Shown here piece by piece: positions 49,333 through 59,219 of a DNA stretch of 64,000 nt (its first letter is position 1; every line of letters begins with the position of its first letter). Below the pieces are notes generated by a model. That model worked only from the letters and a program-made list of their open reading frames with translations, searched no databases and was not told the origin of the DNA. Location of the stretch: positions 32,001 to 96,000 of the forward strand of contig CBDCOZ010000003.1 in NCBI GenBank assembly GCA_965220085.1, written 5' to 3'. Source of the DNA: Candidatus Oxydemutatoraceae bacterium (lineage in GTDB: Bacteria > Pseudomonadota > Gammaproteobacteria > Poriferisulfidales > Oxydemutatoraceae). A program made the translations under genes and the position numbers.

Positions 49333-51713
49333 TAGGCCCTTATTTGCTCTCGCGCTCTGAGTCTGGCCTGAACCTGTGAATATAACTGCACTCCCTCGTT
49401 TTGACGATCACGGAGGCTGATAACCAAAGCATATTTTTCTTTATTGCCACAAAGATTCTCTCCCCATGGAAAATCATTGCGGGTCACTACTACAAAAACT
49501 TTTTCCCGCTTGATTTTAGATCTGCCATCAATCCTTCTGAATTTCCAGACATCTGCTTGTGCTGTTCCTTTGCTACGTGCAACTCGCCCAACTTTAGCCC
49601 CGTCTAGCTCTGGGATATTTTCATATTCATCGTCATCTGTTGCCTTGTTAAACATGGCAGTTACGCGGTCTAGGCTATCGGCTGTGACCAGACGAAAATC
49701 AATGCGCGTAGCGCGATATTTAATTCTCGTAGAGCGAACGGCAGGCGTATAAGCCAATGCAACTGCAATTTCTCTGTCACAACTCCCGGTAATGATAAAG
49801 TCATCAGGCACAGGCACTTCATAGAAATGGTGCTTTTTATTCTCAATTGCCTCACCGGATATGAGAGTGACCGCAGTCTGCAAAGAGCGATACAGTGTGG
49901 TTGAGTCCACCTTGCCATAACCGCAAACCCTTCTAAAATCTTTGTCATCATCAAATAATTCCGGACTTATCTCAGGCAATCTCGCATTTGTGCAAAGAAG
50001 GGCTCTAATCATATTGTGACTTATTTCTGAATCCTCTCTTAGGATGGAGGAAGCCAAATGTGCCACTTGGGGTGCGGCCATGCTTGTGCCCATACCCAGA
50101 TCAAAGAGACGACCCTCTGCGAATTTATAACTGGTGGAAACAACTCCTAACCCTGTATTGGTGCCGGTAGATAACGGCATGTTATCGGCGCGCACATTTG
50201 ATGCCCAATTACCGCCATAGGCCATCAGCTCAGGCTTGATGGCGTCATCCACAGAAGGGCCACATCTGGTAAACGGAGAAGGTTCATCGTGTCGTGCAAT
50301 TGGCCTTTCAGCAGGGTCGCTTGGCCAGTTTTGACTGCCATAGGTAACATCATGTTGCGCCAAGCTACCCACAGTCAGCACATTCAATGCCGGGGCAGGT
50401 TCAATAATCCGCGAATTGTCATCTAATAGGTACTTTGGATAGTCCTCTTTCCACTGAATGCCCTTCGGGGAATCAGCATTAATCCTAAGATTCCCTGCGG
50501 ATACTACAAACAATATCCCTAATTCTCGAGAAAGAGAATCCAGCGCCACCGAAAGACCTTTTAAGTGACCTCCCAGATATGGCTTATTTGTGTCTCCAAG
50601 AGACAGGTTAAAAACTCGACATCCATACTCCTTCACGAAGTAGCGCACCGCTTTATCAATACGGTTCTCCATAAACTCTTCGGCATAGGTATTGTCTTTG
50701 TCCAGAATGCGACCACTAAACAAGCGTAAGGCAGGAATAAATTCACGGCTTCTTATGTTGTCTTCAATACCCTCTCCATATAAGGCCAACCCTGCAACAA
50801 GAGTTCCATGACCGTGCTCATCTATCGCTTCTTCTCCGGGCAGAAAGCTTTGGGCATCACCCACCGCATCACCTAACAAAGGGTGCCCGGTTGCCAACCC
50901 ACTATCCAAAACAACCACCCCCGGAGCAGATTCATCCGGCATGGGAACCTTGGGATAGTCTTGTATGTCTTGATGTAAAAGTGTGCGTTCCAGTTCAAAG
51001 CTGGGCGGCAAGTCAACATAGCGCACATCGCGGTGATTAAGGAGATGTTGTGCCTGCTCGGCATCACAACAAACACGGTAGATAGTCAGTGTCTGTTGCT
51101 TGACACTATCTTTTACTGTTATGCCGGCCTCGGTTAGCCATTGTTCAAACATCCGCCGTTCCTCTTCGTGTTGATTATTATTTTCTAACGGCCAAAGTTC
51201 TATATCAAGCAAAAATGCTTCTTGTTTCGGAAGCCCGTACTTCTTCAGAGCCCATCCTTTGCGATCTTCGGGTTGTAAGGCATCAAGATTCTGCAGGGCA
51301 TAAAAAATATTTTGATTGGTAACCTTACCACCCTCAGCCATGGTAGACAGGCAGGCTTCAAATTCTGCAAGGCCGTTCTCACTCGCAAACCCTATTACGA
51401 CTTCTTGTTCTTCTTGGCTTACAAACTCAATCCCCAAAACGCCTCTCTGTTGTGATGCCACTTTCCTTAGATCATCCGGATCAAAACCTTTCTGCACAGT
51501 GAACTTAAATATTTTACGATTATCAAAACCGCCAATATTGTTATCAGCCTGATCTCTGGCAGCACGAAGATTTTCTAACAACTTGCGGCCATGGCCCCTA
51601 ATATCCTCGGGTGGAGTTCGGCGAGGGCCAGGTCCTGATCTCTTTTGAGTGACCGGTTTCTCCTTGCTTATATTCAGATGAATAAAAGATTCGGGTTCAA
51701 ATAATTGAGCCAT
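49332..51713 (-). CDS. S8 subtilisin-like protease (IetS-like)
   Basis: triad LDSG, HGHGT, GTSMAAP; paired with an AAA ATPase. Confidence 0.9.
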   Translation of the reverse strand: MAQLFEPESFIHLNISKEKPVTQKRSGPGPRRTPPEDIRGHGRKLLENLRAARDQADNNIGGFDNRKIFKFTVQKGFDPDDLRKVASQQRGVLGIEFVSQEEQEVVIGFASENGLAEFEACLSTMAEGGKVTNQNIFYALQNLDALQPEDRKGWALKKYGLPKQEAFLLDIELWPLENNNQHEEERRMFEQWLTEAGITVKDSVKQQTLTIYRVCCDAEQAQHLLNHRDVRYVDLPPSFELERTLLHQDIQDYPKVPMPDESAPGVVVLDSGLATGHPLLGDAVGDAQSFLPGEEAIDEHGHGTLVAGLALYGEGIEDNIRSREFIPALRLFSGRILDKDNTYAEEFMENRIDKAVRYFVKEYGCRVFNLSLGDTNKPYLGGHLKGLSVALDSLSRELGILFVVSAGNLRINADSPKGIQWKEDYPKYLLDDNSRIIEPAPALNVLTVGSLAQHDVTYGSQNWPSDPAERPIARHDEPSPFTRCGPSVDDAIKPELMAYGGNWASNVRADNMPLSTGTNTGLGVVSTSYKFAEGRLFDLGMGTSMAAPQVAHLASSILREDSEISHNMIRALLCTNARLPEISPELFDDDKDFRRVCGYGKVDSTTLYRSLQTAVTLISGEAIENKKHHFYEVPVPDDFIITGSCDREIAVALAYTPAVRSTRIKYRATRIDFRLVTADSLDRVTAMFNKATDDDEYENIPELDGAKVGRVARSKGTAQADVWKFRRIDGRSKIKREKVFVVVTRNDFPWGENLCGNKEKYALVISLRDRQNEGVQLYSQVQARLRAREQIRA

Positions 51714-51718
51714 GCGGA

Positions 51719-52714
51719 TTAGTCTCTTTTATACGGCATATTGCGAGACTTCTCTCTGTGAATAGCTGTTCTGATATGCCTTTCATTGAGGCGCTCCATT
51801 CCCGACAGTACCATATCTTTCGCGGCACGGCGTATGACTCTTTCAACATCGGCATGACTCATGCCATCAAACAAGTTGACAACACCGGTATCTTCAATTT
51901 CAAAGCTCCGGCGCAGACCGCGAAGTTTGATACTAAGAAGTTTCAATAATTGCTCTGTGTTCGGAGTTTCAAAAACCAACACCTCGTCAAAACGACGCCA
52001 CATCGCGCTGTCCAACATCTGTTCATGGTTAGTGGCGGCGACGATAATGCTCTTGCCATCATAATCATCCAGCATCTGAAGAAAGGCATTCACCGCTCTC
52101 TTGAGCTCGCCGTGTTCAGATTTTTCCGCTCTCTCTTTGGCAAGCGCATCAAACTCATCAAACAGGGCAACCACGGGTATGGTCGATATAAAGTCAAATA
52201 TCTGACGAAGGTTTGAGGCGGTCTCGCCCAAAAATGAAGAGATTACGCTATCTATCCTGATGACTGCCAAAGGCAAGTTGATTTCACTGGCCAGCACCTC
52301 GGCGGTCAGGGTTTTGCCACACCCGGGAGGACCGCAAAACAGTACTTTGTCTACAGGGAACAGTCCGTAACTTCCCAACAAATCTGCGCGATTGTGTTCC
52401 CGTATAACCTCCTGTACTGTAGAGCAGTTATCTTCGGTCAACACCACATCTTCCATACGCCTTTCGGGTTCCTTGATTTGCACCAAAGGCAACTTCTTTT
52501 CCTTGTCATACGGAATATGTTTGTCGAGCATTGAACTTAAAGGTGTTGCGGAGCTTCTGCGCCCATAAAGAATTTTTTCAAGATCGTTTGCCAACAAATG
52601 ATGTTTTTTAGCGCGCTCTTCCTCAATTAACTGTTCGGAAGCGCGCTTAAAGGCATCATAGTCGCCTTCCGCTCCCGTTTTGATAAGTTGCCTGAGTAAG
52701 CTAGCTGTGGCCAT
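51719..52714 (-). CDS. AAA+ ATPase (IetA-like)
   Basis: GPPGCGKT, FDEFD, ATNH..LD.A.WRRFD. Confidence 0.9.
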   Translation of the reverse strand: MATASLLRQLIKTGAEGDYDAFKRASEQLIEEERAKKHHLLANDLEKILYGRRSSATPLSSMLDKHIPYDKEKKLPLVQIKEPERRMEDVVLTEDNCSTVQEVIREHNRADLLGSYGLFPVDKVLFCGPPGCGKTLTAEVLASEINLPLAVIRIDSVISSFLGETASNLRQIFDFISTIPVVALFDEFDALAKERAEKSEHGELKRAVNAFLQMLDDYDGKSIIVAATNHEQMLDSAMWRRFDEVLVFETPNTEQLLKLLSIKLRGLRRSFEIEDTGVVNLFDGMSHADVERVIRRAAKDMVLSGMERLNERHIRTAIHREKSRNMPYKRD

Positions 52715-52725
52715 GACTACCTTCC

Positions 52726-55395
52726 CTAATTCTGCCGGCTGGGTACTTTGAGGGGGATAACGCGCAGCGATTCTATGCCGCGGTTGTCGATGATCTTAAC
52801 GGCAATGCGCTCGTAGTCACCCATGTGAAAAGGAATGGACTGGGTGCCGTGGTAGTAGTCCATCAGGTCTTCGTCTATGTTAGCGCGCAGGGCCTTAGCC
52901 AGACGGTTCCAGCCGTGCTTGGGGTCATTCTCCTTGTGGTCGGGGCAGGGGAAGAAGACCTGACGGGGGTATAGGCTGCGGCCGTCGTAGTCGGTGTCCA
53001 ACATCCAAACGGTTATGTCGGATTCATCGCCGGAGGTGAGTTCGCCGGTCTTGGTATCAAAGTAATCAAAGCCGTGCACGGCGACCTGCCACTTGCCTGT
53101 GTGGGGGCCGCTACGCAACAGGTGCAAGCGCACATCGGGTTGTCCGACAAGCCAGAAGCTGTCGCTGCCGGCCTGCTTTTTCTTCAGGTCGTGGGTTTGC
53201 ATATCGGTGTTCATCTGCGCCTTCAGCAGTTGCACGCCGGGCCAATCCGTCTCGTCTATGTCCTTAGCGGCCTCCGGGTCAAACTGGAATGCGGCAAAAA
53301 CGATGAGGTCGGGTTTGGGACGCATCTTCTCCGCCTCCTGTATGGCACTTTCCACCTGACGCGGATCCATCGGGGCGTGTTCGGGACCGAAACTTATCAT
53401 AACCCGTTGCGGTTGAGTGGCAGTATCGGACTCGCGTACCTGTCTTGTGCCGGAATCGTCAGGCCGAGTGGTGGCCTCGGCATGCAGGTAGCGGGTACCG
53501 GACATCGGTTCTATGTCGGCAAAACTGATGCGTTGGTTTTTCTTGCCGCGAATGCCGGACTTCAGTAGTTCGTCTCGCCATTCGGCATGGCGCACAGTCG
53601 CACCGCTACGGGCTATGGAGCGGTCGGCCTCGGGTGCGGTAGCGTCTACCCCTTTAGATTCCGTATCGCCCTTGGCATCACCTAAGGGCATCACCATCGG
53701 AGAGGGCACCGCCTCTACAGTAAAAGGCCCGGTCACCCGTGCACGCTTGCGGTCTGTCAGAGGCTGGTCGTAAATCAATGTCTCGGTGGTCGCGCCCTGT
53801 GCCAGCGTCTTGGGGGATACGGTGGCGACTGTCTTGTACTGCAAGCCGCCGCCAATACCCGTATCCTCATCAGCCAATTTGTAATAGTCAAAGGTTGCGG
53901 TCATCAGCCGTTGCTTGGCCAGTGCCAACGCCACGCGCGAGGTATCGCAGGTAATCCAGCGCCGTCCCCATTGCTCGGCGACAAGCGCCGAGGTGCCGCT
54001 GCCGCAAGTGATGTCCAACACCAGATCGCCGGGGTCGGTGCTCATCAGCAGGCAACGCTGTATGGCTTTTACGGCGGTTTCCACCACATAGCGCTTATCG
54101 CCGGGATACATCTGTGCGGGCCAGATATTGTTGATGCGCCGCCCAGGCACTTCATCCTCATATCGTTTCCACCTCAGCGAATTCTGACCTTCCAACGCTT
54201 CCAGCCTGCCTAAGGTTGCCAGGCGGTCCAAGTCCTCGTGGGATATCGACCAATGCCGGTTTTTGCCACAGGGAAAAGTCCTGCCATTCCACTCATATGG
54301 CTCTGAGCGTCCAGTGCCCGAAACACCTTGAGCATCCAGTCCTGTTCGCTGGTATATTCTCGCCTCTTCCGGAAGATGTTTATCGGGATCTATACGCTCT
54401 TTGCTATCCGGCTTGCGACATTTCCCGTCGGGCATTTCCACCATCACATCCCAATTAAAAAGATCTATCACTTCAGCACGGGTCAGTTGCTCATACAACT
54501 GGCGGTACTTGACCTGCTTTTTGTCTTTGGCATACCAGAGCAGATAGTCCGCCACTTCCGGCAGAGTTTTGGATGAGCTGCCGCTGGTGGTGGCAAAAGA
54601 GATAGTGGCGATGCAATTCTCAGCGCCGAATATTTCATCCAGCACCATGCTGACACGATGCACATTCTCATCGCCAATCTGCACGAAGATGCTGCCGCTG
54701 TCGGCCAGCAGTTCGCGCGCCAGCAGCAGGCGGTCGCGCATGTACGACAAGTAGGAATGGATGCCCAACTCCCAAGTATCGCGGAACGCCTTGATCATCT
54801 CCGGCTCGGAAGTCAGGTCTTCGTCCTTGCCGTCGGTGGCTTCGCGCTGGTCGACAAAAGGCTGGAAGTTGCTCTGGTATTTGATGCCGTACGGCGGGTC
54901 AAAATAAACCATCTGCACCTTGCCGCCCATGCTCTCTTTTTGTAACAGCGAGTTCATCACTAACAAACTATCGCCCGCCACAAAGCGGTTGCTCCAGCCG
55001 TCCTTGTGCTTGTAGAAATCCACTGCTTCGCGTAGCGGTCTGCGTTCCGCGAACATTTCAGTCTGTGCATCGCCATCGGACAGGCGCTTAGCCTGATTGA
55101 TGATGGTTCTGGGGTCTATGCGCTCATGCACATGCAAGCTGACTGTCTGCACATCAAAACTGGTGCGCTCGGCCTTACCCGCCCATTGCAGGGCCGGGTC
55201 AAGGTGCGGGTCGTAGCGGTAGGTCTGCTTCTCGTCCTTGTATGGGTCTGTGTCGGGACTGACTAATCCGGCTTGCGGAATGTTGGCGCGTTGCTCAGTG
55301 TTATGAACATACTGCCCGACCGCCGCCTTGCCCGTCTTGTCCGCCTTTGTCCGACCGCGCCCGGTAGGTTTCGCTTTGGTCGTTTTCTCTGCCAT
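52726..55395 (-). CDS. mod: type III R-M methyltransferase Mod subunit
   Basis: FDPPYG, DITCGSGT; same strand as and upstream of res. Confidence 0.92.
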   Translation of the reverse strand: MAEKTTKAKPTGRGRTKADKTGKAAVGQYVHNTEQRANIPQAGLVSPDTDPYKDEKQTYRYDPHLDPALQWAGKAERTSFDVQTVSLHVHERIDPRTIINQAKRLSDGDAQTEMFAERRPLREAVDFYKHKDGWSNRFVAGDSLLVMNSLLQKESMGGKVQMVYFDPPYGIKYQSNFQPFVDQREATDGKDEDLTSEPEMIKAFRDTWELGIHSYLSYMRDRLLLARELLADSGSIFVQIGDENVHRVSMVLDEIFGAENCIATISFATTSGSSSKTLPEVADYLLWYAKDKKQVKYRQLYEQLTRAEVIDLFNWDVMVEMPDGKCRKPDSKERIDPDKHLPEEARIYQRTGLDAQGVSGTGRSEPYEWNGRTFPCGKNRHWSISHEDLDRLATLGRLEALEGQNSLRWKRYEDEVPGRRINNIWPAQMYPGDKRYVVETAVKAIQRCLLMSTDPGDLVLDITCGSGTSALVAEQWGRRWITCDTSRVALALAKQRLMTATFDYYKLADEDTGIGGGLQYKTVATVSPKTLAQGATTETLIYDQPLTDRKRARVTGPFTVEAVPSPMVMPLGDAKGDTESKGVDATAPEADRSIARSGATVRHAEWRDELLKSGIRGKKNQRISFADIEPMSGTRYLHAEATTRPDDSGTRQVRESDTATQPQRVMISFGPEHAPMDPRQVESAIQEAEKMRPKPDLIVFAAFQFDPEAAKDIDETDWPGVQLLKAQMNTDMQTHDLKKKQAGSDSFWLVGQPDVRLHLLRSGPHTGKWQVAVHGFDYFDTKTGELTSGDESDITVWMLDTDYDGRSLYPRQVFFPCPDHKENDPKHGWNRLAKALRANIDEDLMDYYHGTQSIPFHMGDYERIAVKIIDNRGIESLRVIPLKVPSRQN

Positions 55396-55631
55396 GGGGG
55401 TTTGGTGCCTCGCCTGAAAAGTCCCATATTATCAAAAACGGTACGCTAATACTATGTTCAGGGTGCGCTTTTTGATTTAAGGAGATGGTTTGGATTACGG
55501 CATCTTGAGCAGTCGTCGCCAAAGTTCTGATGCTTTTTGCGGCGAGCCATGTTCTCTTCATATGTTGCCCGTGATATTTCGGCGTATCGCGGTATCGCCC
55601 CGGCCGCTCTGCCTCTGCGCGGCATGACTCG

Positions 55632-56204
55632 TCATCTCGCCAGACCGAGCGCTTCGAGCAGTATGGCAAGGTCGGGATTCAGGGGACTCTTTGCGGCTCT
55701 GCATACATCTGCAAGCGTTATGCGTTTTTTCAAGTCCATGGCTGCCATTCCCTTTTTGTATTTAGGCCACACCTTCTCCAGACATTTCAATGCTTCCTCG
55801 CTTGTCGGAGGATCATCATTTTCATGATCTTTGAAATGGCGCAAAAGAACCGACTCAAAACATGTGTCTTGCCAAATCAAGATTAGTTCATCCTTTTCGG
55901 CAATGCGTTGCGCCTCTTTTTTGTGGTTGGCATTCGTAAGCTGATCCGTATCCAGCAACAGGAATCTGCCTTTGGAGGAACTTTCCTTCTTGTCGCGTTC
56001 AATACTCCCAATGGTTAGCACGGCCTTGTTAACCAGTTGCATAGGGTCACCGTATGTGTCCATTACTTTGGCAAGAATATGGATGTGTAACTCGTCGTCA
56101 CTATCAGCAAATTTTTGTAGCAGGGCAACATAGCCTTGTTCGCTTTTCCCTTCACAGGCGACAAAGAAGACCTTGCGGCGGGGAACTATTGGGTGCCTAG
56201 TCAT
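55632..56204 (-). CDS. RloB-like protein
   Basis: VACEGKSE..Y, LLDTD, CFE..LL.HF, YKK. Confidence 0.8.
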   Translation of the reverse strand: MTRHPIVPRRKVFFVACEGKSEQGYVALLQKFADSDDELHIHILAKVMDTYGDPMQLVNKAVLTIGSIERDKKESSSKGRFLLLDTDQLTNANHKKEAQRIAEKDELILIWQDTCFESVLLRHFKDHENDDPPTSEEALKCLEKVWPKYKKGMAAMDLKKRITLADVCRAAKSPLNPDLAILLEALGLAR

Positions 56205-57427
56205 CAGCCGATGGTAGGCACCGCGCCATATTCGCCGCTCAAGTATTTGCCAAAGAAATCCTCCTCGCGGCGAACCCCTTCAATGTCTGCCAGCCCATAC
56301 ACCGAGGTGTGCCCCTGTGCATCCTTCTCGCAAAGCAATACCTCTTCCTTGGTGAGTTCCCGAAGCAGAGTGGTCGAATGGCACGTCATCCAGAGTTGGG
56401 CACCACGCGGATTGTGTTCCTTGCTATTGAACCAGCGCAATATCTCTAGCAGAATGAGTGGATGAATAGCGGCATCAAAATCATCAATCACGGCTATGCC
56501 ACCAGTAGCAAGTGCCGCAAAAATATATGGAAGCTCTTTTATGACTTGGCGCGTTCCATGGCTCTCCCGCTCAAAAGATATAGGATAATCCAGTCCCGAA
56601 TGTTGGAATTGCAGTTGGGATTTAGAATTTGATTTGTCTATGGTCACATCTTCAATGCCGAAGTCAATGCGCCTTGCTATCTCCTTCAGTTGCTCCAGAA
56701 GAACTTGAGGGTGGCTTTCGTAGCGATGTACCGTTAAGTCATCGTCATCCTCAAATCGACTAATAAAGATGTTGTTGTGCGATTGTGAGTTAATTGAACG
56801 GCTCCAATGTTCAGCGACCGTGTGGTTCAATTGCGCCAGAGTGGAAATCACGCTGGCATTATCGCGCAATACTTGCTCTAACAGGTTCTTTATTTGAGTC
56901 GTCATAAATCCCTTTGCGCACTTAGTGATTTTGTTTTCTTTGCGCTCAAAAATTGTTGTCGGTTTGCCATGCCCTCTGGGTTTGTAGCTCATCTTCTCCA
57001 GCACAACATGTTCAGGTTTTTTCTCACCGCGAGGAGACAAAACCAGTTCATATGTGTAAGGGCATAGCAGTCCTTCGCCTGAAATGTTTTGGAAATCCGC
57101 ATATGCAGAGAAAGAAAGAGCTAACTTTGATGGGCTGGCAATTTTTTTACTGTTATTAAATTTTTCGTAGGGTAGCGGTAAATCAATTCGTTTATCAAAA
57201 CTGTTTGCCCTAAAATCTAAGCTAAAGATGATGGCTCGTAGCACATTGGACTTACCCGAAGCATTGGGGCCAAACAAGGTAACCACATTAGGCACACGTT
57301 CTTCGGAGCCTTCGTAGATTGGCGACAGGCGCCCCAGTTCGTCCCTTACTGACTTGCGGGCACGCAGGTCTATTACCTGACGCTCGCCGATAGAATAGAA
57401 GTTTTCAATTTCAACCTTGTATAGCAT
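56204..57427 (-). CDS. RloA/AbiLi-like AAA_21 ATPase
   Basis: ENFYSI, GPNASGKS, ESHGT, IDDFD..IHP, TCH, YL.G.YGAVP. Confidence 0.88.
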   Translation of the reverse strand: MLYKVEIENFYSIGERQVIDLRARKSVRDELGRLSPIYEGSEERVPNVVTLFGPNASGKSNVLRAIIFSLDFRANSFDKRIDLPLPYEKFNNSKKIASPSKLALSFSAYADFQNISGEGLLCPYTYELVLSPRGEKKPEHVVLEKMSYKPRGHGKPTTIFERKENKITKCAKGFMTTQIKNLLEQVLRDNASVISTLAQLNHTVAEHWSRSINSQSHNNIFISRFEDDDDLTVHRYESHPQVLLEQLKEIARRIDFGIEDVTIDKSNSKSQLQFQHSGLDYPISFERESHGTRQVIKELPYIFAALATGGIAVIDDFDAAIHPLILLEILRWFNSKEHNPRGAQLWMTCHSTTLLRELTKEEVLLCEKDAQGHTSVYGLADIEGVRREEDFFGKYLSGEYGAVPTIG

Positions 57428-57613
57428 GATTATCCTCCATAGGACGTATATTATTGCGCTATAGTATCACTTCCAACTATATTTCGTCAAACATAGGATT
57501 ATATGAAACTAAACAGCCATATAAAACCGCATATTCCCCGTCACCGCATCCCGGACATGTCCCCGGTGTAGCCTGTAGCGGGGAGATACCACCGCAAGCG
57601 GGGGGCATAAAAC

Positions 57614-57935
57614 GCCCGTTTGTCGGGCATACATAATCGTGCTTTTGGCGAAGTCTATGCACAACTACGAATATCCGGAGGCGTTTTGCAAGGCAACCGA
57701 AGCCGTGCCAGGAGCCCCCTTGTAAGCGATTGAAAACACTGTGCATTTTGCGACCCATAAAAGGAATACCGTCAAATCACGAAGACGAAAAAGGGAGCAG
57801 TTGGACTCAGATAACAGGTTATCCACAACTCTATGCACAGAGAATGGGGATAGCAGCCTGCCCTTCGGGCGGCAAAGAAGCCGCTTTATCGGGGAGCATC
57901 GGGTGATGGCACCCAACGCCTCTTTGCGGGTTGCT
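57614..57935 (+). repeat. diverged copy 2 of the priA upstream region, including the first priA codons
   Basis: aligns with 58929-59249; contains TTATCCACA. Confidence 0.9.
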
Positions 57936-58159
57936 ACTTGCGCATCAATGCAATCAATACCATATATCGCATGTCCATTCATCAAAGTCACCGTAGAACT
58001 TGCCACTGCTATCGCTTCGTTATGTGTTCCGTGTATTCAGGAAACACTTTGACAATTATTCATGTGCGACGCGGTGTTTTGCGGCACGTGATAGAATGCA
58101 GAGCTTACAGAGCCTTTGCCACTTTTTATGCTTGGTCCGTATAAACCGCTCACAGATAA

Positions 58160-58292
58160 TAATGGAAGTCTTTGAAAAATTCCTGTGCGCAGAATCAGAA
58201 AGCGAAGCAGATTGCATATAGGCAACGCGGTGCCGCCCAAATTTGCGAAAGCGGTTGGCGAAGCGATAGAGCGATATAAAACCGCCTGCTAA
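58160..58292 (+). pseudogene. C5-cytosine methyltransferase C-terminal remnant
   Basis: motif X IGNAVPPKFAKAVG immediately upstream of vsr; rest of the gene missing. Confidence 0.7.
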
Positions 58293-58308
58293 GAGACAAG
58301 GTTATTAA

Positions 58309-58740
58309 GTGGACATCTATAGCAAAGAAAAACGTTCTTCGGTGATGCGGTGCATAAAGGATTCGGGCAATGCCTCTACGGAGTTAAAATTTCTCTCGGT
58401 CATGAAGCAATATAAATTGACCGGTTGGCGACGAAATTTTCCCGCTTACGGAAGGCCCGATTTCGTTTTCCCAAAAGAGAAAATAGCTGTGTTTGTAGAC
58501 GGATGTTTTTGGCACGGATGCCCGAAGCACAAACAAATACCCGAGACAAATACGGAATACTGGCGCGATAAAATCCGCAAAAACAGACAGAGAGACAGAA
58601 GAGTCACACGCGTTTTGCGGAATTCCGGTTGGTCTGTGATGCGCGTGTGGGAACACGAACTGACCGAGAAAAAGATAAAGCGCAGAATGCTCATGCTGGA
58701 GAAACTGCTGGAGCGCCGCGGCTATCGGAGCAAACGATGA
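58309..58740 (+). CDS. vsr: very short patch repair endonuclease
   Basis: RS..M, GRPDF, FVDGCFWHGCP, YW..KI..N..RD, VWEH. Confidence 0.93.
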   Translation: MDIYSKEKRSSVMRCIKDSGNASTELKFLSVMKQYKLTGWRRNFPAYGRPDFVFPKEKIAVFVDGCFWHGCPKHKQIPETNTEYWRDKIRKNRQRDRRVTRVLRNSGWSVMRVWEHELTEKKIKRRMLMLEKLLERRGYRSKR

Positions 58741-59219
58741 TGAGCGATGTTCAATTGGAACCGACACGATAGGCGCTTGGATGACGCCACTGCCATGCCT
58801 GCCAAGCCCGAGCCGGATAAATACGGATGGATTCGGATACTGTGCGCAAGTCACATGCGTGCTCACAAAAAGGCGACGCTCATGAGCGCCGCCGTAGCGT
58901 TGCGAGACTACGATCGTTTGCACACAATGCCCGTTTGTCGGGCATATATAATCATGTCTTTAGCAAAGCCTATGCACAGCTACAAATATCCGGAGGCGTT
59001 TTGCAAGGCAACCGAAGCCATGTCGGGAGCCCCTTGTAAGCGATTGAAAGCATTATGCATTTTGCAACCCATAAAAGGAATACCGTCAAATCATGAAGAC
59101 AAAAAAAGGAAGCAGTTTGACCAGATGACAAGTTACCCACAACTTTGCGCACAGGAATCGCGGATAGCAACCTGCCCTTCGGGTCGCAAAGCAGCCGCTT
59201 TATCGGGGAGCATCGGGTG

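Noticed and set aside
57810-57840. Replication origin
   Set aside because: Only one perfect DnaA box plus weak matches; no dnaA/gidA context or clear AT-rich unwinding element.
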